From: Macrostomum lignano | Taxonomy: Eukaryota | Assembly (NCBI GenBank): GCA_002269645.1 | Contig: NIVC01001375.1 | Location: forward strand, 186,001 to 250,000 | Length of the DNA: 64,000 nt | Direction: 5' to 3' | Made by a program: the position numbers and the translations under genes | Shown: one piece after another, positions 38,280 to 49,994 of the stretch | How positions within the stretch are numbered: the first letter of the stretch is position 1 | Layout: every line of letters starts with the position of its first letter | The notes under the pieces: model-generated | Seen by the model: only the letters and a program-made list of their open reading frames with translations | What the model was told of the DNA's origin: nothing | Databases searched by the model: none

Positions 38280-38693
38280 TTGAGTGTTCAACCCTGCATG
38301 GACTCAACAATACTTTTTTGTCAACTTCAATAGGAAGGCATAGTGCTTTATCTGAATGGCAACTGTTGCAGTCTTCAAAGAAGCCAAGGTACACTGCCAC
38401 TGGGAGTCTGTACACAAGATATCCAAGTATGTAAAGATAGACAATGCTTCTTAACAGTGTTATTATTAGGCTGACTATATAGCATATCTAGCAGACCAAC
38501 AGCTTTGTCTATCAAAAGCTTGGTACAACTTTCATAGAAAAAGCCACCCATGCATTTTTTGAGGTGTCACTTTTCATTGCTAAAAAGATAAAGCCATTTA
38601 CCAATGGAGACTTTATCAAAGAGTGTTTATTAGCAACTACCAATCTTATGTGCCCTGATTAGCAATCCACTTTTTCCTTTATTAGCCTCTAAT
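38280..38693 (+). mobile_element. hAT (Charlie/SPIN, GTF2IRD2-like) transposase N-terminal relic with stops
   Basis: Reads RVFNPAWTQQYFFV..CFI*MATVAVFKEAKVHCHWESVH and, further on, SLFIAKKIKPFTNGDFIKECLLATTNLMCPD*QSTFSFISL, matching the zinc-finger and KPFTxGEFIKEC motifs of this family. Confidence 0.75.
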
Positions 38694-39117
38694 GAATTTC
38701 AAATAGTGTCTGCAGGTCCTTAACCTTATTGTAATAAATTTTGAAAATGCAGGGACATGCATCAAGGGTCTAGCAAAAATGTGCCAAGGGGTCACTCTCC
38801 AAGATACATGGGCCATATCAAGGGACTATAGTTGCAACAATAAAAGACCCTTTTGTAGTTGCAACAATAAAGAACCTTTTTGCAGTCACAACTTTTTTGC
38901 AGTTTGAATATTAAAAATGTAAGCTTTGATTAAAACTAAACTAATGATACCTATTTATAGCTACTGAAAAAGTTTAGATTTTCAATAACTTGTAGATATA
39001 TTCAACTACATATGTCTAGAAAAACCACTTCTATATTTAATCCTCTTATCATAAATATATATTTCATAAAACTACTTTATGTCAATCTGTTATTGTCATA
39101 CAAGTTTGTTTTACATT

Positions 39118-39903
39118 GGCTCATTCCATATAAGCATGGTCGTAACATGACAGGTTATTTTTACTTATAAAATGAAATCTAATAATAGAATATACTAAAC
39201 CAATATTTTAAATGAAAGATTATTTTGTCTAGAATATATTTATAGAGTTTCATATAGATATCATCATTAGTATAGATGCTATTAAACCTTAAATGACACT
39301 TATGGTCGTAACGACAGGATTTTTGACATATAGAAACTAAAAGGTAAAAGTCTTATAACATTTTTCATTTTTGATATTTTGCAATACATTTTTAAAATTT
39401 GACTAAGAACATCTTTAGAAATCATACTCTTTTATTAGAATATATAAACTCAAAAGGCAACAAAGATACAAAAGAAAAGGCAGCCTTATGGTCGTAACAT
39501 TATGGTCGTAACATATTTTTTTCTGTCAATTCAGTAACTTTGAGGTACTAATACATTAAAAATATAATAGATTATTTGGTCACCAATGCTTTTATCTGAT
39601 GATGCAAGTACTATACTTTTATCTATAGTTTGTTTCAACCTTCAAAAGATTTCTATTTGTTTTTAAAAGGTACAAAATCTTAATGATGTCTTTTGCTTCG
39701 AAAAATGTCCAAATTTTTACAAAAATGACTTTTTGCCAATTGATAACATACTAATCCAACATTTTACCATTCCTTTATTCTTAGATTGTATATATTGCAC
39801 AATATAAACATTTGGTAAAAAAATAGGCTAATTAGGCAATGGCAAGCAAAACTATTGACTTTTTTCTATTTTCCAAATATGTCCATCTTATATGGAATGA
39901 GCC
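39118..39903. mobile_element. 786-bp non-autonomous DNA transposon, 17-bp TIR GGCTCATTCCATATAAG, CATT on both flanks
   Basis: Perfect TIRs at 39118-39134 and 39887-39903. CATT at 39114-39117 and 39904-39907. Internal TATGGTCGTAAC-like repeats. Confidence 0.7.
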
Positions 39904-40258
39904 CATTATATTTTACTGTTTGGTAATTTTATCATATGTCTATTTTTATGTGTGGCTATTTTTATTGGATTCTAAGCATCATGCCAAGTGAGGCTATGCA
40001 TTGCACCACATCAAGCACCATCTCATAGAAAATGTGCCACACCACAGGGTCATTTTGAAAGCATGCCATATTGCAAGGTCATTTTAAAAATGTGTTGGAT
40101 GGCTATTTATCATATAATAGCTTTTTCTAATAGGGCTCCTTAAGATTGAACTTTATATTCCACATAGGTTGTTTTACACTTGTTCACACAAAATTTAAAG
40201 AAACATTTTGACTATGGCCAGGTTGGCTATAAATAGATTTTTAGCCTTTTGCAGTATC

Positions 40259-41054
40259 TTTCATATTAATATTTAGAAGTGCTTATCCCTATGGTCCCAT
40301 GCCAATAATTCCAATTTTATCCACACGGATCCGTGTCAATAATTTCATAGCTTATCCCCATAGCAGCTTATTAAAATAGCTATCACCATTAAAGTCTATA
40401 GGCTGTGTCAATAATTCTAATTTTATCCATATGGATCCATGTCAATAATTTCCTGCTTATCCTTATGGCAGCTTATTGGAATAAAGAACCTTAAAATGAA
40501 TCTGTTTAAAAACCTTTTTGTTTTCACTGTTTTATACATCTTCCAAATAAACTACATGTACTGAATACTGAATAATATCAAGTACTTTGTTAAAACTTTT
40601 CGTCATTAAAAGGGTTAATTTTAAATATTTGCTTAGCTGCTGGCTTTGCTTAGAACAACCAAACAACCCAAAGATCGAGGCAAATGAGACTTGCAAAATT
40701 CAAAATTCAAAATATATTTAATAATAATGATAATATTACTAATAATAATAACAATATCAATTTAATGTCAGTACACAAAACTAAACACAAGCAACTGCAC
40801 AATCTTAGCCATGGGGATAAGCTGAAAATTATTGACATGGATCTATGTGGATAAAATTGGAATTTTTGACATGGATCCATGTGGATAAAATTGGAATTAT
40901 TGACATGGCCTATAGACTTGAATGGTGACAACTATTTCAATAAGCTGCCGTGGGAATAAGCTGGAAATTATTGACATGGATCTGTGTAGATAAAATTGGA
41001 ATTATCAGCAGGGACTATGAGGCAAGGATAAGCATTTCGTTAATATTTATGAAA
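40259..41054. mobile_element. Foldback-type element with about 200-bp internally repetitive inverted arms
   Basis: The arm at about 40259-40480 (tgtcaataattcc aattttatcc modules) is the reverse complement of about 40810-41054. Confidence 0.6.
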
Positions 41055-41780
41055 TATTAAATTTAAATGATTATTAAAAAATAGAAATTAATAAGTATTT
41101 TAAAAGCTTTTTATATTTTTGTTCTTCTAAAATTAAATTGTTGTAAAAGCTAAAAACTAAACTAATATAAGTGAGAAGTCTAAACTCTTAACTTAAGTCT
41201 AAGACGTCAGCAAGCTAGGCCTATGCAATTAAAAATAGCCTAGCAAGTTTTAAAGATGCTCATATTTTTTTAGCAGGATAGAAAAAATTCTAGGGCCTAT
41301 TAAAAAAGCACAATAAATAAAGTAAATAAAACACTCGTTCATTTTTACAGAGTCATAGTCATAGAGCTAGGGTAGGGGCCTACTACATCTCATATTCTCA
41401 TAGTCATACTCTTGCTACAGCGTAAAACCATATAAAGATTAAAACTGAAGTAAAAAGCAAATAGTGGGGCCTAGTCGTATTTGTACTTAGTGGTGTAACC
41501 AGAAATTTGTTGAGGATGGCCTGAGTGGCCTGTATTTTATTAGCAAAAATGTGCTTGGCCCCCTCTGATTTAGCCTTTCCCTTTAGGTTTCTGACAAAGC
41601 GGCGGCTAACCCTCGCCTCCTGTTTGCGCCCTTGTTTGTACTTACTTAGCATGCTTCAACTACGAGCTACCCATAGGCCCTATCAAATCCTTGCAGGCTG
41701 TCCTCAGATTCAGAATAATATTAAAATCCAGCGGCCGACTTCAAGCTGTTCAAGGAATCAATTTCTTCATTAAGTAAGTT

Positions 41781-42150
41781 AAAACACGCCCCGCACCGCC
41801 CTGCAGCGCTACACATTAAAACAAATTGGACTATAACTGAAGACAGTTCAAAATGCGTTTTTTGTTAAGCTTCAAAGTTTTTATTAAATTTAGTTTTTTT
41901 ACTTTAAAATATAAAATTCGGTAAGTAATAAGTGATATTAATAATTATATTAATAAAATAATAATAATATAATTTAATAATGAAAACGAGAATACAAAAA
42001 ATAAAATAATATTTGAAATAATAATTAAAGATATTTATTCCATTACTCTTACAACGAATAGTTTTCTTTGCAATCAAATACTGCATTGACAAAAAATGTT
42101 ATAATGTGTAGCGGTTCGGGGCGGTGCGGTGCGTGTTTGCGTGCGTTTTA
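41781..42150. mobile_element. MITE-like element with about 36-bp inverted ends containing CGCACCGC
   Basis: aaacacgccccgcaccgccctgcagcgctacacatt versus the reverse complement of 42103-42138; AT-rich interior. Confidence 0.5.
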
Positions 42151-43722
42151 GGGAGACCCAGTTAAAACCACATGTTTATTAGCTATAATAAACTAAAACA
42201 AGGTATTAAAATGTATTACAAACACAAGACGGTATCAAACCATAAACAGCGTTAATATAATCTTATGTAGTTTTGCTAATAATTAATCCTATATACTAAA
42301 AATGAAAAGCTTGCTTGCTTGCTTTAATTAATTAAAATTCTAAAATTTGTACCAACGGGTACTTCTCTTCACTAGGCCGAAATTTCACATTGCCAAAAAA
42401 TCATTTTAGCAGCTTCTTTCACTAGGCCGATACTTCACATTGCCGAAATGGCTAGCAAGCTATTTAATAAGTTTCGCCTGTTTCGGCCTAGTGAAAAAGA
42501 CTGCTTTTTCGGCGTTGTGAAATTTCGGCCCCATTAGAGTGTGCTAGCTACTTTGGCAATGTGAAGTTTCAGCCTAGTGAAGTTTTGGCCAAGAGAAAGA
42601 GAGTACTTTCCGGCGAAGTGAAATTTCGGCCGCCCGCATCCTCGGATAACGGGGCGCTTTCACTACTCAAGACTCAGCAATTGTACAAGGACGAAGAAGC
42701 TACGTCGCTGGGAAAATTTTAGGAGGCATATGCTTTTTCGAAAAAAAATTACAGAGATGGATCGAGGTTTAGATTAAATCATTTTGAATTAATTACAAGA
42801 AGCAATTATATGATGACTGATCTGTACTATGTTGTTCGAAAATCGACTTTACAAGTCTATCTGGACACAATCTAGCGGCTTAACTGTGAATCTGGTTTAG
42901 GTCGTTTCGTTAAAAAATTGTTATGTAGTGATCAATAAGATTACAACGCGTTATATTATATTTTTTGTACATGTATTTGACATATTTTTGCGTATTTTTC
43001 TTATATCTATAAGTTAGAGTCTAGAAAACCAACTAGATTTTCCGTTCTCCGTTCATCGAGTACTAGTAGGTTTCGTTATTGCTACTTGTAGTAGCCAAAG
43101 CATTGCTGCTTATCAATTACATGTATATATGTAGGCTCCAACCTGGCGTATCCCTTTAAACCTAACGCCTAGATCGTTCCATAAGAATTCTTTAGTTACC
43201 TTAAGCTGCTTAGAATATAAGCTGCAACCCGGCCTTGCCTGGTCAAGATCTAGAGCGCTTTTTCTTAGTCTGACAAAAGTTAAGTCGTTGGCGGCACTTC
43301 ATACGAGCGTATTCATGACAAATTTATCGATTTTTTAGATTTTATATACGTTATTTTGTTTCAGTCCAGCCAAGTACATATACACGCAATATAAATATAC
43401 TGGAGCGGTATATATTACATGTGAGATTACTAACTTTTCTACTAGCTGCAACTGCAAGTACAACTGCAATACTCAACAAAATATAAGATTTGGTGAGTGG
43501 TCATTTCGATCTTTATACATGCACAATATTGTATAGTGCAGGCGGGTTTCAATTAATAATACATTGCAACGTACACTTCAGTTATCGATTAGCCTTTTCG
43601 GACACTGAAAAAACCAAGGCCAATCTCAAAGCAAAAAAGTAACGAAATGGAAATCGAAACGCGAAAAAACTGAAAGCATGAAACGAGAACCTAAGGTGAG
43701 AAAGCGACGGTAAGAGTTTACG

Positions 43723-44811
43723 ATGGCAAAAGAAGAATCCGACAGCCTTCACGTCAAACTGCTGCTCGAGTATTCCCAGTTTAGGGAAATAGACCGACTC
43801 GCGAGTTGGCTCAAGAAGAGCACTCAACGGTTTCAGCCAGCTGAGCATAGAAATCAGCAGAAAAGGACGAAAATTCAATTCGGTCGTTGGCTCATCACCA
43901 TGCAGACCACCGATGGTCAGCAAATGTCAGAGACATTCCGTCTGCTGCCACAGAATTTGAACGACAACAGAAGCAAAGTTGAGTTCGTGAAATCGCTCTG
44001 CCTGAGCTTCAGCGACATGTCGAGCGACGAAGCGACGCATCTGGTAGAGTCGCTGCTGTCCATGATCGATCAGTTTCTACGAAGAAAGATTAATATCGCT
44101 AAGGTGAAGAAAACTGCGAAGCTGCGATACGAGGAGGCCGGCAACCGAGGCCGCATCACATTTGGGGAGTTCCGGACGCCTAGGAGCAAGCGAGTCAAGC
44201 AGCTGGTCGAGCTGTGCGGTGAGCAGCGGGCCGCGCTGGTTTGCCTTCGCTACCACAGCCTGAACATGTTCAGAGGCGGCGAGTCCAGCCTCTGCCCCAA
44301 AGCTTTCGATGCCCTGTTCGAGCTGGGCAAAGCCGCTCACGAGGGCTTCGCTTCGCCCCTCAATTGTCAGCTGCTGGGTCGGCAAGGAGCAAAATTCTGC
44401 AGCCTGTTCCCTGACACTGACAGCGCATTCGGCAGTCTGGGCGACTTTTTTCACATAGACCTGATGCAGCATCCAGGCGGCTGGGTGCTCAACCCCCCAT
44501 TTGAAGAGATCCTGCTCAAAGCCACAGCGAGGCGAGTTGTGGACATCCTTGACGAGTCGGAGCGGGGAGCTTTCTGGTTCTTCCTCATCTTTCCGTACTG
44601 GACAGACTGCGACGGCTGGCAGATCCTGGACGAGTCCGAGTGGAAAGTTGATAGAATTGATGTGAAGCCAAATCAGCTGGAGGTTCAGGACTGCTTCGGC
44701 TCCACGCTGACTGTGCAGGTCACGGTGAGCCTGTTTACCATGGGGAAGCCGCCAGACTCCGTCAACCTCGCCAAGCTTTGGAACGCGATGAGGACAGACG
44801 CTGGAGAGTAA
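43723..44811 (+). CDS. PCIF1/CAPAM-like N6-adenine methyltransferase, copy 1 (362 aa, uninterrupted ORF, no WW domain)
   Basis: Motifs FGRWLI..LLP (helical domain start), LVCLRY, HEGFASPLNC, FCSLFPDTDSAFGSLGDFF, catalytic NPPF (44491-44502) and FFLIFPYW occur in the same order as in PCIF1 (FNRWML..LLP, ECFASPLNC, YCSAFPDTDGYFGSRG, ANPPF, FIVFIPEW). Confidence 0.85.
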   Translation: MAKEESDSLHVKLLLEYSQFREIDRLASWLKKSTQRFQPAEHRNQQKRTKIQFGRWLITMQTTDGQQMSETFRLLPQNLNDNRSKVEFVKSLCLSFSDMSSDEATHLVESLLSMIDQFLRRKINIAKVKKTAKLRYEEAGNRGRITFGEFRTPRSKRVKQLVELCGEQRAALVCLRYHSLNMFRGGESSLCPKAFDALFELGKAAHEGFASPLNCQLLGRQGAKFCSLFPDTDSAFGSLGDFFHIDLMQHPGGWVLNPPFEEILLKATARRVVDILDESERGAFWFFLIFPYWTDCDGWQILDESEWKVDRIDVKPNQLEVQDCFGSTLTVQVTVSLFTMGKPPDSVNLAKLWNAMRTDAGE

Positions 44812-45457
44812 CGGAAATGGGATCCTATCCAAGAAAGACTAAAGTTTACTGAGTGAAATTTTACATGTATATGAAATTTCTCCGAGCACTGTATCAAAAC
44901 CTTGTCGTTTGTGGTTTGAATGAGGTGTTCAACCTCCGCTCCTCCGTGGCATCCTCCGCGATGTTGATGCAGGCTGTTGCCACAAGCTTTTGTTGATTCT
45001 GGCCATCTGTATTTTGCTGAATTTCAAAACAGCTATACATGTACGTCGTCTATTTTTTGTTTAATCAGTTTTCTTTCTTTTTCTTTTTATAATGTTTTAA
45101 AGGCTTTCTTTTGCTGGTAATTATGGTTTTACGTTACGCATGTATACTCGTCTTATATGTACAAACACCCCATACCATCGGGATTTTCATTTCAAGCCAT
45201 TTAAATTCATTAAACGGTTTCAAAATTGCTCGGTTCGAAAATTCAAGTTGCAGATTCTGATCGGATAGACGTGTTGGAAAAGCAAGACTTTTCATATGTA
45301 CTATCCAGTGTGTCTCGTTATCAGTCCGGATTGCAGATGTTGCAGTGCCCGGTCCCTAAATTCCCGATTACTAAATTCTGAACTCTCTAGAATTTTGGAG
45401 GATTTAAGTTAGACATTTAATTGTTGCATGTGTGTAGGTACCCACATGTGGGTCTAT

Positions 45458-47960
45458 GAAATCTGCTAGCTGAAGTCTGCAAGCCGAAGTCTGCTAGCTG
45501 AAGTCTGCTAGCTGAAGTCTGCAAGCCGAAGTCTGCTAGCTGAAGTCTGCTAGCTGAAGTCTGCTAGCTGAAGTCTGCTAGCTGAAGTCTGCAAGCCGAA
45601 GTCTGCTAGCTGAAGTCTGCAAGCCGAAGTCTGCTAGCTGAAGTCTGCTAGCTGAAGTCTGCTAGCTGTAGTCTGCTAGCTGAAGTCTGCAAGCCGAAGT
45701 TTGCTAGCTGAAGTCTGCTAGCTGAAGTCTGCTAGCTGAAGTCTGCTAGCTGAAGTCTGCTAGCTGAAGTCTGCAAGCCGAAGTTTGCTAGCTGAAGTCT
45801 GCTAGCTGAAGTCTGCTAGCTGAAGTCTGCTAGCTGAAGTCTGCTAGCTGAAGTCTGCAAGCCGAAGTCTGCTAGCTGAAGTCTGCTAGCTGAAGTCTGC
45901 TAGCTGAAGTCTGCTAGCTGAAGTCTGCAAGCCGAAGTCTGCTAGCTGAAGTCTGCAAGCCGAAGTCTGCTAGCTGAAGTCTGCTAGCTGAAGTCTGCTA
46001 GCTGAAGTCTGCTAGCTGAAGTCTGCAAGCCGAAGTCTGCTAGCTGAAGTCTGCTAGCTGAAGTCTGCTAGCTGAAGTCTGCTAGCTGAAGTCTGCTAGC
46101 TGAAGTCTGCAAGCCGAAGTCTGCTAGCTGAAGTCTGCTAGCTGAAGTCTGCTAGCTGAAGTCTGCTAGCTGAAGTCTGCAAGCCGAAGTCTGCTAGCTG
46201 AAGTCTGCAAGCTGAAGTCTGCTAGCTGAAGTCTGCTAGCTGAAGTCTGCTAGCTGAAGTCTTCTAGCTGAAGTCTGCAAGCCGAAGTCTGCTAGCTGAA
46301 GTCTGCAAGCCGAAGTCTGCTAGCTGAAGTCTGCTAGCTGAAGTCTGCTAGCTGAAGTCTGCTAGCTGAAGTCTGCTAGCTGAAGTCTGCAAGCCGAAGT
46401 CTGCTAGCTGAAGTCTGCAAGCCGAAGTCTGCTAGCTGAAGTCTGCTAGCTGAAGTCTGCAAGCCGAAGTCTGCTAGCTGAAGTCTGCTAGCTGAAGTCT
46501 GCTAGCTGAAGTCTGCTAGCTGAAGTCTGCAAGCCGAAGTCTGCTAGCTGAAGTCTGCTAGCTGAAGTCTGCTAGCTGAAGTCTGCTAGCTGAAGTCTGC
46601 TAGCTGAAGTCTGCAAGCCGAAGTCTGCTAGCTGAAGTCTGCTAGCTGAAGTCTGCTAGCTGAAGTCTGCTAGCTGAAGTCTGCAAGCCGAAGTCTGCTA
46701 GCTGAAGTCTGCTAGCTGAAGTCTGCTAGCTGAAGTCTGCTAGCTGAAGTCTGCTAGCTGAAGTCTGCTAGCTGAAGTCTGCTAGCTGAAGTCTGCTAGC
46801 TGAAGTCTGCAAGCCGAAGTCTGCAAGCCGAAGTCTGCAAGCTGAAGTCTGCTAGCTGAAGTCTGCTAGCTGAAGTCTGCAAGCTGAAGTCTGCTAGCTG
46901 AAGTCTGCAAGCCGAAGTCTGCTAGCTGAAGTCTGCAAGCCGAAGTCTGCTAGCTGAAGTCTGCTAGCTGAAGTCTGCAAGCCGAAGTCTGCTAGCTGAA
47001 GTCTGCTAGCTGAAGTCTGCTAGCTGAAGTCTGCTAGCTGAAGTCTGCTAGCTGAAGTCTGCTAGCTGAAGTCTGCTAGCTGAAGTCTGCTAGCTGAAGT
47101 CTGCTAGCTGAAGTCTGCTAGCTGAAGTCTGCTAGCTGAAGTCTGCAAGCCGAAGTCTGCTAGCTGAAGTCTGCAAGCTGAAGTCTGCTAGCTGAAGTCT
47201 GCTAGCTGAAGTCTGCGAGCTGAAGTCTGCTAGCCGCGAAGCTTGCCAGCAGGAATTTTGCTAACAAGGATTCAGCCGAACTCACGAAGTTTTAAGTCGT
47301 CAGAGACAAATTTGCTTGTCCGATTTCGCGAGAAACTGAACAGGACGATTCGATTTGCGCTTAATCGCTCTTTATTGACTCTCCTTTTGTCGTGTTGATT
47401 AGCAGTGACGCAAATCTCTAACTATAAAAATGAAAACTCTGTGTGTCTGTGTACAAATTTGTTCGCTATGGCCTACTATGGTATAGACTCCCAAATCACT
47501 CAACCAAACTACACCAAATTTTGCACTCAGAATAAACTCACTACAGAGAATGTCTTAGGCTACCCTAAATTATTCCTATATCTAAGTCTTCCTATCTAAA
47601 AGTGCAAAAACGGCTAAAAGCGTGATTTTTTTACTAAATTCTTTATAGCGTCGCTCCACTTTTTCGAATCCTCTTCAAATTTAACAAAAACAATTTTCAA
47701 CTATTTTGACACGCTCGTGTAAAATTTCGAGTTTTAAAGTTAATCCTGAACGGCGCTGTGCACTTTTAAAGTTATTCTGCTTTTTTTTCAGCGAGACCCA
47801 CCCCAACCTCCGCCTCTCTCCCTCCCTTATCTGGCCAGATGTTTGAAAGGGGTTTCAAAATTACCTTTGCCTGAAAACAAGCAATCTTCGCGGCTAGCAA
47901 ACTTCAGCTAGCAGATTTCGGCTGGCAGATTTCGGCTAGCAGATTTCCTGCTAGCAAATC
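45458..47960. mobile_element. Inverted-repeat element whose left arm is a 1.8-kb 14-bp satellite (GCTAGCTGAAGTCT / GCAAGCCGAAGTCT)
   Basis: Array at 45458-47236; inverted copies of the same unit at 47881-47960. gctagccgcgaag occurs inverted at both inner boundaries. The core at 47415 onward resembles a non-autonomous Helitron 5' end (low confidence). Confidence 0.6.
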
Positions 47961-48905
47961 TCGTACTTCCGGTACATGTACTTAGCGCTACATGTACATT
48001 CATTACATAGAAAACGATAGTGTAAAATTTGCGTAAAGTGTGTGTCTAAAGTTTGTATAATAAAATTGCGGCAAAAGCCCGGGGATTTAGTTCGGGAGGA
48101 AGGGCTATGCCACGGGGGAGGCAGTAAATATATAGCTCGTAGTCGTAGGCAGTAAAAAAAGGGAGCGTTGTAGAAAACTAACGATTGAATTACTGCTGAT
48201 TTTGAACTGCATAGAAAAAAGGAAAAGACCAGGCTTGAGAGCCAGCCCTTCATGCAGCGTATATTATTTATAAAACTAACGCAGGGGGGTTGAGTCGAGA
48301 ATAATAAAGGGAGGGGTGGAATAGATAAGAAACCAAATTGGGGGGGGCTAGCCGATCGATAAATAGTGGAAGAGAGAAAACGCTAACAATGTACAAACAG
48401 AAGAGAGAGAGGAAAATTAAACAAGGCTAGGCAAACCTGAGGGCGATCGAGTGAATTATTCTAAGGGCAAAATAACAGAATTTCGCGACAGGCAGAGCAG
48501 AGGCAGTACGAGCGTAAATATACTGGCGTATGTTTTCTCTGAGTACACTGGCAAGAGTGAGCTTGGCTGTACAGCAAGTACAGCCTGAGTTTGAGGCTTG
48601 GAAGTGAAGGCATTAAGGATAGGGAGAAATACTGCAGGGATGTTGGGCAACAGCCGCACGTTTTTGAAAAGCAAATTCTACCAGCAGCAGTACTCGTATG
48701 AAAAAACAACTTAGTGAGGCATCTGAGATTTTGTGAGGTGGATTAAGAACTTTGCGTAGCAACCAGGTCAGCTTCATCTTCCGTGTAAAGCTGGGTCGTG
48801 TAAAAGATCTCAAAGCAAAAATAAACAAAATGGAAAGCGAAAAGCGAAAAAACTGAAAGCATGAAACGAGAACCTAAGGTGAGAAAGCGACGGTAAGAGT
48901 TTACG

Positions 48906-49994
48906 ATGGCAAAAGGAGAATACGACAGCCTTCACGTCAAACTGCTGCTCGAGTATTCCCAGTTTAGGGAAATAGACCGACTCGCGAGTTGGCTCGAGAA
49001 ACGCACTCAACGGTTTCAGCCAGCTGAGCATAGAAATCAGCAGAAAAGGACGAAAATTCAATTCGGTCGTTGGCTCATCACCATGCAGACCACCGATGGT
49101 CAGCAAATGTCCGAGACATTCCGTCTGCTACCACAGAAGTTGAGCGATAACAGAAGCAAAGTTGAGTTCGTGAAATCGCTCTGCCTGAGCTTCAGCGACA
49201 TGTCGAGCGACGAAGCGACGCGTCTGGTAGAGTCGCTGCTGTCCATGATCGATCAGTTTCTACGAAGAAAGATTAATATCGCTAAGGTGAAGAAAACCGC
49301 GAAGCTGCGATACGAGGAGGCCGGCAGCCGAGGCCGCATCACATTTGGGGAATTCTGGACGCCTTTGAGCAAGCGAGTCAAGCAGCTGGTCGAGCAGTGC
49401 GGTGAGCAGCGGGCCGCGCTGGTGTGCCTTCGCTACTACAGCCTGAGTATGTTCAGAGGCGGCGAGTCCAGCCTCTGCCCCAAAGCTTTCGATGCCCTGT
49501 TCGAGCTGGGCAAAGCCGCTCACGAGGGCTTCGCTTCGCCGCTCAACTGTCAGCTGCTGGGTCGGCAAGGAGCAAAGTTCTGCAGCCTGTTCCCTGACAC
49601 TGAAAGCGTATTCGGCAGTCTGGGCGACTTTTTTCGCATAGACCTGATGCAGAATCCAGGCGGCTGGGTGCTTAACCCCCCATTTGAAGAGATCCTGCTC
49701 AAAGCCACAGCGAGGCGAGTTGTGGACATCCTTGACGAGTCGGAGCGGGGAGCTTTCTGGTTCTTCCTCATCTTTCCGTACTGGAGAGACTGCGACGGCT
49801 GGCAGATCCTGGACGAGTCCGAGTGGAAAGTTGATAGAATTGATGTGAAGCCAAATCAGCTGGAGGTTCAGGATTGCTACGGCTTCACGCTGACTGTGCA
49901 GGTCACGGTGAGCCTGTTCACCATGGGGAAGCCGCCAGACTCCATCAACCTCGCCAAGCTTTGGGACGCGATGAGAACAGACGCTGAAGAGTGA
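48906..49994 (+). CDS. PCIF1/CAPAM-like N6-adenine methyltransferase, copy 2 (362 aa, intact)
   Basis: Collinear paralog of copy 1 with scattered substitutions. FASPLN and NPPF (49674-49685) are intact. Confidence 0.85.
   Translation: MAKGEYDSLHVKLLLEYSQFREIDRLASWLEKRTQRFQPAEHRNQQKRTKIQFGRWLITMQTTDGQQMSETFRLLPQKLSDNRSKVEFVKSLCLSFSDMSSDEATRLVESLLSMIDQFLRRKINIAKVKKTAKLRYEEAGSRGRITFGEFWTPLSKRVKQLVEQCGEQRAALVCLRYYSLSMFRGGESSLCPKAFDALFELGKAAHEGFASPLNCQLLGRQGAKFCSLFPDTESVFGSLGDFFRIDLMQNPGGWVLNPPFEEILLKATARRVVDILDESERGAFWFFLIFPYWRDCDGWQILDESEWKVDRIDVKPNQLEVQDCYGFTLTVQVTVSLFTMGKPPDSINLAKLWDAMRTDAEE

Noticed and set aside
41404-41773. Short GC-richer ORFs on both strands
   Set aside because: No recognisable motif; probably a transposon fragment.
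43215-43300. Conserved upstream block ending in a T-run as an snRNA or SL RNA gene
   Set aside because: No Sm site/donor arrangement or recognisable leader; conservation is explained by recent duplication.
43723-44811. Bacterial DNA adenine methyltransferase or contamination
   Set aside because: Motifs beyond NPPF (FASPLN, FPDTD..FGS.G, FNRW-like) are specific to the PCIF1 family, and the flanks carry host-type repeats.
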